Below are positions 17,555 through 25,431 of a stretch of 28,107 nucleotides of DNA, piece by piece; the first letter of the stretch is position 1; each line of letters starts with the position of its first letter. Origin of the DNA: an uncultured virus (IMG/VR IMGVR_UViG_3300021197_000882). Lineage: Duplodnaviria; Heunggongvirae; Uroviricota; Caudoviricetes. The translations under genes and the position numbers were made by a program. Below the pieces are notes generated by a model that ran no database searches, was not told the DNA's origin, and saw only the letters and a list, made by a program, of their open reading frames with translations. The stretch is taken from IMG/VR virus record IMGVR_UViG_3300021197_000882. One strand, written 5' to 3'.

Positions 17555-18127
17555 ATGAGTTGGATGGATATTCTAAAAAGAAAGTGGCAGGGCAAACTGT
17601 CTGCTAATCGTAAGGAATCCTTAGATAGAACTCCATCTATTAAAATAAAAATACCTAATATGAGTTATCCCGACGAAGAAAAAGAGATTTCCAAAGTTCT
17701 AAAAATTATGAAAGATAAAAAACTTAAACCAAAAGAAATGGACGATGCTGACCTAAAACCGGATATAGAAATGTTTGATATTGTTGGGGAAGATGGTGAT
17801 GACTATGAAGATTTTATATTAGATATAAATCATTATGCTATTACTGAAAAAATGAAATACAATAGACCCAGACCATTTCAAGTAAGTGAAGAAATACCTA
17901 CAACAAAGACAACCACCGATGATACTCCTGCTTTTCCTAGTGGTCATGCTATGCTAGGCTATGGATTAGAAAGAATACTTAGTAGTAAATTTCCAAATAA
18001 GAAGAAACAGTTAAAAGAAATGGCTGATAGAATAGCACTATCTAGGATTCAAATGGGTAGTCATTATCCAAGCGACATAGAAGCCGGAAAGAAAATAGGA
18101 TATATGTTAGGTGATGCTTATGAGTGA
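17555..18127 (+). CDS. PAP2/acid phosphatase-vanadium haloperoxidase superfamily phosphatase, WxxILK-tagged
   Basis: All three family motifs present: KMKYNRPRP (KxxxxxxRP), PAFPSGH, SRIQMGSHYPSD (SRxxxxxHxxxD). AGGTGA RBS. Confidence 0.9.
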   Translation: MSWMDILKRKWQGKLSANRKESLDRTPSIKIKIPNMSYPDEEKEISKVLKIMKDKKLKPKEMDDADLKPDIEMFDIVGEDGDDYEDFILDINHYAITEKMKYNRPRPFQVSEEIPTTKTTTDDTPAFPSGHAMLGYGLERILSSKFPNKKKQLKEMADRIALSRIQMGSHYPSDIEAGKKIGYMLGDAYE

Positions 18128-18482
18128 CTGGCAAGATATTCTTAAAAAGAAAAAGAAACCTAAAAGTCCTAGAACCAAAGCACTAGAAAGAGCAAGAAAA
18201 AAGGGTCTCAAAGGGCTTAACAAACCTCAACGATTAACAAGTCATAAGACTAAATCTCATCATGTTTACGCATGGGAGAATAAAAAAGGAAAATATATTC
18301 CTTTTGGACAGAAGGGAGTCAAAACAAATCAAACAAAGGGACAAAGAGAAGCCTTCAAATCTCGTCATGAAGAAAACATTAAGCGTGGAAAAATGTCTGC
18401 GGCATATTGGGCTGATAAGGTAAAATGGAGTCCAAGTAAAACCAAAGAAAAGAAAAATAAGAAGTGGCGGAAGGGCAGTTAA
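18120..18482 (+). CDS. WxxILK-tagged basic protein
   Basis: Start reassigned to ATG 18120 (MSDWQDILKKKKK) after AGGTGA. NKPQR..KSHHV..IPFGQKG..FKSRH..KMSAAYWADKVKW recalls a widespread small phage protein family (from memory). Confidence 0.8.
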   Translation: MSDWQDILKKKKKPKSPRTKALERARKKGLKGLNKPQRLTSHKTKSHHVYAWENKKGKYIPFGQKGVKTNQTKGQREAFKSRHEENIKRGKMSAAYWADKVKWSPSKTKEKKNKKWRKGS

Positions 18483-18534
18483 GCCAAAGATACTATAATA
18501 GGTAGTAGATTGAGAAGAATCAGGGGTAGGTAAT

Positions 18535-20169
18535 ATGGTCGAACAAAAAAGATTTTCTCTTCGTAATTTATTTAGAAGGACTACTCCTAAACCGGCTGAT
18601 AGAGAAATCTACAATATAGGAATACAAGAGAGGCCTAACACCTATCATATGACAGCCCCTCTTATTTACAGCATCGTCAATCAGTCGGTCATAGTTAGAA
18701 CTTGCATTACCCAACTAAAGCAAGAAATATTTAGAAGAGGATATGTATGGGAAAAGGCATACGAAGCCCTTTGTTTAGACTGTGGTAAAAAACACCAAAG
18801 GCCTGTCTCCGAGTGTTCTAGATGTGGTAGTGAAAAACTAAAAACACCCGATGTAGACCAACTAAAATATGCTGAAAGTTTTATTGAGGGATATGTAAAC
18901 AAATCTGAACAATTATTCATTGATGTGATGAAGCAATTAGAAGATGACCTTAATGTTATGGACGATGCCTACATTGTTTTAGTTAAAGAGTATTTCTTAG
19001 ATGGTAATGGTAAAATAAGAATGCATCGAATAAAAGAATTGTATAGGGGAGACCCTGCGACAATGTACATTTATTCAGATGAATATGGGGAAAGAGGAAA
19101 TAAAGCATTTACTTGTGTAAATCATAGAACCTTTTTCTCTACTGAACCGCATGTTCCCTGCGAAGAATGCGGTGCTAAAACTTTCCCTGTTCACTATGTT
19201 AATAGAGCCACTGGGGAAGAACAGTATTTCTTGAAAGGAGAAGTATTGCATTTCAGTAAATACAGTCCTTCTAGATTATATGGACAGTCTCCAATAGTTA
19301 CTCTATTCAATAATATTATGACATTACTTGCTATGGAGAATTATGTCAATTCTTCCTACACTAAGAGCAGAATGCCTAGAGGACTACTAGCCGTTCAAAC
19401 TAGAAACATGGAGTCAATGCAATCTTTTTGGAAGGCTGTAAAAGAAAAGATGGAACAAGACCCCCACTTTATTCCTATTATGGGAATAGAAGCAGAAGGC
19501 AAAGGTTCGGTAGAGTGGATTAAGTTTATGGATAGCCTAAAAGAAATGGAATATGTTTCTGTTAAGGATGATTTAAGGGATAGAATTTCTGCTTTCTTCG
19601 GAGTAAGTAAGGTCTTTATGGCAGATAATACTACTAGTGGGGGATTAAACAATGAAGGTATGCAGATACTTGTAACTAATAGAGCAGTTCAAATGGCACA
19701 AAATGTCTACAATAATTATGTATTCCCTTTCCTTGTAAAACAATTCGGAATCACTGATTGGAATTTGAAATTACCTCCAAGTGAAGAGGAAGATGAAATT
19801 GCAGTATTAAGAAAGAGAGAGATTGAAGTTAATATTGCGGCCTCTACTAAGAATCTAGGCTTTGAAGTTGATATGGACGAAGATGGAAACTTTACTTTCA
19901 AAAAGCCTGAACCTGTGGAACAACCTGCACAAGAAGGCTCCAAACAAGATAATGTAGAATTAGACCCTTATGCGGGAACTAATATTGATGCTTCACAAAT
20001 GGGTCAAATGCAAGAAGAAATGATGCAAGGTTCAAAGAAACAGGAAAATCCCGCTACCACAAGAAATAAACCTTCTATGAGTGTAGGGCCGGATAAGCGA
20101 CTTACAGGATTACCCGAAGATGCAGGAAATCAAAATGTGGATAGAAGAAGCGAGAGGCGAATACCATGA
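18535..20169 (+). CDS. Portal protein with two zinc-ribbon-like insertions
   Basis: Portal-like segments FLKGEVLHFS..SRLYGQSPI, YTKSRMPRGLL and RDRISAFFGVS; lies between TerL and protease/MCP. Confidence 0.85.
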   Translation: MVEQKRFSLRNLFRRTTPKPADREIYNIGIQERPNTYHMTAPLIYSIVNQSVIVRTCITQLKQEIFRRGYVWEKAYEALCLDCGKKHQRPVSECSRCGSEKLKTPDVDQLKYAESFIEGYVNKSEQLFIDVMKQLEDDLNVMDDAYIVLVKEYFLDGNGKIRMHRIKELYRGDPATMYIYSDEYGERGNKAFTCVNHRTFFSTEPHVPCEECGAKTFPVHYVNRATGEEQYFLKGEVLHFSKYSPSRLYGQSPIVTLFNNIMTLLAMENYVNSSYTKSRMPRGLLAVQTRNMESMQSFWKAVKEKMEQDPHFIPIMGIEAEGKGSVEWIKFMDSLKEMEYVSVKDDLRDRISAFFGVSKVFMADNTTSGGLNNEGMQILVTNRAVQMAQNVYNNYVFPFLVKQFGITDWNLKLPPSEEEDEIAVLRKREIEVNIAASTKNLGFEVDMDEDGNFTFKKPEPVEQPAQEGSKQDNVELDPYAGTNIDASQMGQMQEEMMQGSKKQENPATTRNKPSMSVGPDKRLTGLPEDAGNQNVDRRSERRIP

Positions 20170-20390
20170 CAGAAGATAATAGGCAAAAAGAAATAAGATT
20201 AAGAAAGGAACTAGCACAAGTAAAGGCCGCCAATAGTAATGAAGGCAGAAAGACTACTAAGACTAGAGATTTTAGCGTGGGACTACCAAGAGATACTACT
20301 CATAAGCCTAGACCTAGCAGTTCTGATATTCCTGATGTTATTACTCTGCCTCCTAAGCAAAGAGGAAAGAAAGAAAATATTCCGTTTTAA
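20166..20390 (+). CDS. Hypothetical protein (74 aa)
   Basis: ATGA overlap with the portal gene; GAGG RBS. Confidence 0.6.
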   Translation: MTEDNRQKEIRLRKELAQVKAANSNEGRKTTKTRDFSVGLPRDTTHKPRPSSSDIPDVITLPPKQRGKKENIPF

Positions 20391-20399
20391 GGTGATTGA

Positions 20400-22058
20400 A
20401 TGTCTTTATTTTTCAAACAAGAAGATGAAGAAGACGAAGAAGATGAAGAAGATGATTTTATACCCGATGAGATAGCAAGGGATTTAGAAGAAGATAAAAA
20501 AACAGATGAAGATTTTAGTGAAGGTCTTGACCCATTAAAAGATACATCTAAAGAAACAGAAACAGAACAAAAAGTTTCTCAATTAGAATCCGATATGGCT
20601 AAAAAGCGGAGAAGAAAACCCGCTAGAGATATTAGAATCTTAAATCAATATCTTGAGGATATCAAAAGCATAAAAGAAACCGGAACTGAAACGGATGGAA
20701 TATATGATAGAGCCTCTAGAGCCAAATTTAAGAAAATAAGTAAGGCTAACATAAATATAATTTTTGATAAGATGGTTTTTTTACAAGTTAGAAGAAATCT
20801 TTTAACAGAGCAACCTTATGAAGAATTTATTGTGGACGGCAAGTTTAGACTAGGAGAAGGAGATAGTTCTCAATTAATAGATGTTAAGAAACTACAAAGA
20901 GAATATTCCGAATTGGGTTCGGATTCCGAGTTTATGAAATTTTTATCAGGTTTATATTCCAGAAGATTTAATGGAGAAGTTCCAAAATCAATGATAGATA
21001 AAGCAACTGCTAGACAGCAATATAACAGATTGATAAGTTCTGTTATAGTTGGAGACCCTAGCGGTGGTATAGTAAAACAAAAAGAAATACTAACTGATTT
21101 ATCTAGAGACTTGAATAGAAGTTTATTTGTTTTTACTGAGTTAGAAAAGGCTAGAGAAGTTTTAAGTAAACAAATTGACGACCTCGAAACTTTAGTAGAT
21201 GATGATTTAGAAATACTAATTGATAGAAGATTAAAGGCTTTAACATTAGCATACTCTACTGTTCAAAGAAAGGTCGCTGAATATGTAACTGGGAAACTTT
21301 CCGATACTATTCCGGAGAAAGAAGACGATGTTAAAACAGAAGAAAGGGAACCGTACAGAGGCGGAGGAAGCAAATTAACAGAAGCATCTAGAGCGATGAG
21401 GGAAGCCGAAAGAAAAAAATTACAATTCAAAAAAGGAGAAAAAAGTTTGACTCCGAGGCAATTAGTTCAAGAGGCTAAAGAAAAAGTTAGGGTTAAAATA
21501 GGAGATACTCCTAGAAGATTAACTCAAACTGAAATAAAAGAAATGTTAGATGCTCTTAAATCCTCACAACCCGAAGTATTAGAAGAAGCCAAATTAGAAA
21601 TTCAAAAAGAAATAGAAGGACAACTAGAAACAGAAAAGGATAGGCTTTCTACAATAGAAGGGAGGCTTAAAATTTTTAATAAATATAAGCCCCTGCTTTT
21701 AGAATCTAAAGACCTAGTAGGAAAATATACCGGAAAGAAAGATATTTTTGAAGAACAGGTCTCTTTGGCAAATAAGGCGAAACTTGCTGCTATGGGAATA
21801 AAAGAAATAGAAGGTATTCTTAAACAACTAAATGCAGAAAACGATAAGTCTATGGAAGAGTGGCTAGAAAATGCAGAAGAAGCAGTTATTATAGAAATGA
21901 CTAGAGAAGGCAAAATAGGAATGGGTATAGGAGACACTACTCTAAAAGAAGTTAGACTAGTGGGAGAATTAGCAGATAGAGTAAATGCTAGATTTGATTC
22001 TTTACAAGAACAGATAAATGTAGTTAATAATAAAATAAAAGAGAGTGATGAAGAATGA
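20400..22058 (+). CDS. Coiled-coil-rich protein with acidic N-terminus
   Basis: AGGTGAT RBS at 20390-20396; EDEEDEEDEEDD tract; long charged helices. Confidence 0.75.
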   Translation: MSLFFKQEDEEDEEDEEDDFIPDEIARDLEEDKKTDEDFSEGLDPLKDTSKETETEQKVSQLESDMAKKRRRKPARDIRILNQYLEDIKSIKETGTETDGIYDRASRAKFKKISKANINIIFDKMVFLQVRRNLLTEQPYEEFIVDGKFRLGEGDSSQLIDVKKLQREYSELGSDSEFMKFLSGLYSRRFNGEVPKSMIDKATARQQYNRLISSVIVGDPSGGIVKQKEILTDLSRDLNRSLFVFTELEKAREVLSKQIDDLETLVDDDLEILIDRRLKALTLAYSTVQRKVAEYVTGKLSDTIPEKEDDVKTEEREPYRGGGSKLTEASRAMREAERKKLQFKKGEKSLTPRQLVQEAKEKVRVKIGDTPRRLTQTEIKEMLDALKSSQPEVLEEAKLEIQKEIEGQLETEKDRLSTIEGRLKIFNKYKPLLLESKDLVGKYTGKKDIFEEQVSLANKAKLAAMGIKEIEGILKQLNAENDKSMEEWLENAEEAVIIEMTREGKIGMGIGDTTLKEVRLVGELADRVNARFDSLQEQINVVNNKIKESDEE

Positions 22059-22417
22059 CATGGGACTATTATGAAGAAGGAAAGGAATTTGACATCTCTA
22101 AAGAAGAAAAAAAATCTCAAGATGTTTTGAGTTCTTTAGGCTCTAAAGAGAAAAAAAGACTTAAGAAAACCTTACAAGCGGCTGAACCAACAGAATTCTT
22201 TGGTCAAGATTTTACTAAACTAGGTGACTTGTTAGAGATGATAGAGGGGCTAGATTTTACTAAATCTGACAAAGCCCTAACTAAGAAAGTAAAATCAATG
22301 GATGAAAGGAATATTGATATAGTCGCTACCGCTACGAAACTTCGTAAAGAGTATGAACTTCTTTACCGACAGATTCGAGATTTGGTATATCCTAAAAGAA
22401 AAGGTGAAGAAAGATGA
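22055..22417 (+). CDS. Hypothetical protein (120 aa)
   Basis: GAGTGA RBS; ATGA overlaps at both ends. Confidence 0.7.
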   Translation: MTWDYYEEGKEFDISKEEKKSQDVLSSLGSKEKKRLKKTLQAAEPTEFFGQDFTKLGDLLEMIEGLDFTKSDKALTKKVKSMDERNIDIVATATKLRKEYELLYRQIRDLVYPKRKGEER

Positions 22418-22644
22418 GTAAAGAAAGTACAATTAATGAAGAACTACTTGAGATTATAAAAGCCCTTAGTTCTAAAATAGAAGGTTTAGAAAAAGCGGTT
22501 TACAACAAAGATAACTTATTGATGAAATCGGGCTTTGTTGTAGCGAATAGTCCTTCTCCTACAATGAAAGTAATTGATAGTAGTGAAGAAGTAGCAACTA
22601 TGGATTGGAGCGAAATTCATAAAATGGTGGATAACATCGGGTGA
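22414..22644 (+). CDS. Mini-scaffold-like protein ending MDWSEIHKMV
   Basis: N-terminal coiled coil (LLEIIKALSSKIEGLEKAV); C-terminus nearly identical to the protease/scaffold C-terminus. Confidence 0.7.
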   Translation: MSKESTINEELLEIIKALSSKIEGLEKAVYNKDNLLMKSGFVVANSPSPTMKVIDSSEEVATMDWSEIHKMVDNIG

Positions 22645-22648
22645 TTAT

Positions 22649-22888
22649 ATGCCGGAGAGAGTAACTAAGGAAGAACGAATTATTTCTATGACAGTAGAGA
22701 AAGCCAAAGAGGTTAAGGAAATGCTCCACCAGTCTCTTACGGACAACAATAGAAACCCTTCGGAAGATGAAAGCGAAGCAGTTAAAATAAAAAGACCTAA
22801 AGACACTAAAGAAGAAAATGTTCCTAAAAGTCAAAAAGATGGAACTAATGTAGGTTACGGCCAAGCCGGAGATACATATGATTTCTAA
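22649..22888 (+). CDS. Hypothetical protein (79 aa)
   Basis: GGGTGA RBS; fills the gap before the ligase. Confidence 0.65.
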   Translation: MPERVTKEERIISMTVEKAKEVKEMLHQSLTDNNRNPSEDESEAVKIKRPKDTKEENVPKSQKDGTNVGYGQAGDTYDF

Positions 22889-22902
22889 AGGGCGGGGTTA
22901 TT

Positions 22903-25392
22903 TTGAAACTCGGCTCTTTTGAAAAGGACAAGCGTTCATCAATAGAATTAGTAAAATTGTTTGAAATATCTAGAGTGGCTTTTTTATCTGCTAATAGTGA
23001 CCCAAAAGAATACGGTCACAAATGGCGAAAGGCTGTAGAACAAATAAAAGAATCTTATGAAGAACTAGATGTCGCTGGAAGAGAGTTAAAAAATTTTATA
23101 GAAGGAAGACTCTTAGAACATAGAGATACTAGTGACCCAACTTCTCCTCAAGCAAGAGAATTGTACGAAGATATTAAATTAGTTAGATATAAATCCGATG
23201 TTGTTATTGACCCCTTCTCTAAAAGATTTGGGGAAGGTGTTTTAGAGGAACTTTTAGATAACCCTGAATCAATGGTTAAGTTTGTTCATTATGCTATTAG
23301 AGATAATACTCATGCTTTAGGAAAAGAAACTTTAGCAGTAAAGGACATGACAGAAGACGACCTTACCGATGGACTACTAGGTTTAGATTTGGAAGCAGAC
23401 GACATTGCTCTATACATTATAGAAAACTATGGCGACGATAAGGACTCTAAAAAGGTTGAAGCAAAAGTAAAGGCCGCTATGGATATGTTAGAGTTGTTAT
23501 ATTTTTCTCAGCACAGTGAAGAGGAATGGAAAGAACTTAAGGATATTGATATGAAAAAGGCAGAAAAAGCCCAAAGTGATTTTATTATTCCGAACAAACC
23601 GATGTATCGCATATTTGAAATAGAAGATATGAACGAATTAAAAGGTTTTAGCGGGGAATATTTAGTACAGGAAAAGTATGATGGTATGAGAATACAACTA
23701 CATAAAATAGATAATAATGTAAAAGTGTATTCTTACAATGAAAAAGATATAACCGATAAATGCAAAGACATAGTTAAAGAGTTGAAAGCAAAACACTTTG
23801 GGGAATGTATTCTAGATGCTGAATTAATTTTGTTTGAGGGAAAAGAGGCACTACATAGGGCTGATACTATTTCTCATGTGTTCAAAGATAAATACCCCGA
23901 TGCCACATTAAAGGCGCATGTTTTCGATATTATGCGACATGATTCTCAAATGTTACTAGAAGAAGAACTAGATAGTAGAATAAGAACTTTGTTTAACAAC
24001 TACTCCGAACATTCTTCTGAAGTTTTATTATTCCCTTCTAAGAAAGACACTAGATTTGCAGACTCTATAAAAGAAGTAGAATCCTACTCGAAGGATATTA
24101 TGGAATTGCCTACTTCGGAAGGAGTCGTAATTAAAGACATAACTTCAACTTATTATCTAGGGACTAAGAAAAATCCTAAATGGATTAAGTGGAAGAAGTT
24201 TGTAGATTTGGATGTAGTAGTTCTTAGTAAAACAAAAACAAAAAGTGGACTGCATTCCTATTCTATCGGTGTTGGGCCAATATTAGACGAGATACCAAAT
24301 ACTGTAGAAATAGATGAAGTAAAGTATCTAAATGTAGGAAAGGCGTTGAATACTAAAATATCAGTAGATGTGGGCGACATTATTAGAGTAAAAGTAGATG
24401 AAGTTAAGAAAACTTCTATGGGCTATTCTTTACATTCCGCTAAGGTTATAGAGATACCCGAAGTAGAATATCCTGATAAATTAGTTACTTTAGAGATGCT
24501 TTCTAGAGATACTAAGAAGTCACTAAACTACGATGTGTCTGCTCTCACAAAGGGAATAAAGATAACGGATTACATTCATGGTGAAACTACTGCTATAATT
24601 AAATATAATATGGAGGGCTTTACTTTATATGGTTTCGAAGAAAATAATCTAATGTCTAAGAACGCTTTAGCCGATTTAGATATGTGGAAAGGTAGAGCAG
24701 AGGAGATAATGAAAACTAAACAAGGAGAACTTACTGCTGCTATTCATCAATTTTTAACTAGTAAAGGAGAGCAAACTACTGCTCAACTACATGAGTTTTT
24801 GATAACTAATCATAAAGACCTGTATGAAGATATATTAGACTCTAAACAAAGAGACCTAAAAGATTGGGCTGTTCAAAGAGAACCTATATTAGAAGGCCAA
24901 AGTAATAAGATAAAGGCAGACCCAGAATTTAAATTTGGTTCGGATGAGATTAAAAAATACGAAACTCCTAAAGAATATAGACAAGGAGAATTTAAGATAT
25001 CACTTAGAGAAGACGACAATATTCAATTTTCTATTCGCTTAAAAGATAAAAATCTTCATTGGACAATAGAAGTGGATGATGAAAAGGAACTGTTTGATTT
25101 ATTTGGTGCTGCTGGTAAATACCCAGCACAAGTTTCAGATAATGTACAAACTAAAAAGACCATAGATTATGGTAAAATAAAACTAGGTATTCAAAGAAAT
25201 GGCTATCATGAGTATTTCCTAGAAGGTAATAAGTTTGAAACTAAACTACACATAAGGTATTTGCCGGTAAAAGATAAGAAGATGTGGTTGGCATGGACTG
25301 GATATGAACAAAAAGCCGCCGATAAATCGGGAGATGAGGGTATTTGGGACATTTATGAAGATAAGTTTAGTTCTGTTAAATTACCAAACTAA
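22903..25392 (+). CDS. lig: ATP-dependent DNA ligase with N- and C-terminal extensions
   Basis: Motif I EKYDGMR (23671-23691), III ILDAEL, IIIa VFDI, IV EGVVIK, V WIKWKK, followed by an OB-like region (LDVVVL..SYSIGV..NVGK). Confidence 0.9.
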   Translation: MKLGSFEKDKRSSIELVKLFEISRVAFLSANSDPKEYGHKWRKAVEQIKESYEELDVAGRELKNFIEGRLLEHRDTSDPTSPQARELYEDIKLVRYKSDVVIDPFSKRFGEGVLEELLDNPESMVKFVHYAIRDNTHALGKETLAVKDMTEDDLTDGLLGLDLEADDIALYIIENYGDDKDSKKVEAKVKAAMDMLELLYFSQHSEEEWKELKDIDMKKAEKAQSDFIIPNKPMYRIFEIEDMNELKGFSGEYLVQEKYDGMRIQLHKIDNNVKVYSYNEKDITDKCKDIVKELKAKHFGECILDAELILFEGKEALHRADTISHVFKDKYPDATLKAHVFDIMRHDSQMLLEEELDSRIRTLFNNYSEHSSEVLLFPSKKDTRFADSIKEVESYSKDIMELPTSEGVVIKDITSTYYLGTKKNPKWIKWKKFVDLDVVVLSKTKTKSGLHSYSIGVGPILDEIPNTVEIDEVKYLNVGKALNTKISVDVGDIIRVKVDEVKKTSMGYSLHSAKVIEIPEVEYPDKLVTLEMLSRDTKKSLNYDVSALTKGIKITDYIHGETTAIIKYNMEGFTLYGFEENNLMSKNALADLDMWKGRAEEIMKTKQGELTAAIHQFLTSKGEQTTAQLHEFLITNHKDLYEDILDSKQRDLKDWAVQREPILEGQSNKIKADPEFKFGSDEIKKYETPKEYRQGEFKISLREDDNIQFSIRLKDKNLHWTIEVDDEKELFDLFGAAGKYPAQVSDNVQTKKTIDYGKIKLGIQRNGYHEYFLEGNKFETKLHIRYLPVKDKKMWLAWTGYEQKAADKSGDEGIWDIYEDKFSSVKLPN

Positions 25393-25410
25393 TCCGAAAA
25401 TACCATGTTC

Positions 25411-25418
25411 TTTATATA
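25411..25418 (+). promoter_or_regulatory. Putative archaeal TATA box TTTATATA ahead of the protease-MCP genes
   Basis: Matches the TTTAWATA consensus and sits in one of the few intergenic gaps. Confidence 0.55.
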
Positions 25419-25431
25419 GTGAAAGTATAAG

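Noticed and set aside
528..18482. WxxILK as a secretion signal peptide or a purely DNA-level regulatory motif
   Set aside because: No hydrophobic core, synonymous codon variation, and it also occurs at C-termini. A secondary role as a recombination site is kept as a finding.
18491..18500. TACTATAATA as a promoter for the portal gene
   Set aside because: Lies in an intergenic gap but is only a weak TATA match in AT-rich DNA; not enough support.
20421..20456. GAAGAT/GAAGAA low-complexity tract
   Set aside because: Explained by the acidic EDEEDEEDEEDD peptide.
20239..20475. Alternative-frame + strand ORFs 20239-20475 and 27132-27332
   Set aside because: They overlap better-supported genes and show no RBS or motif.
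22055..22110. MTWDYYEEGKEFDISK as an additional tag
   Set aside because: Has M-x-W but lacks I-L-K at the right spacing; not counted.
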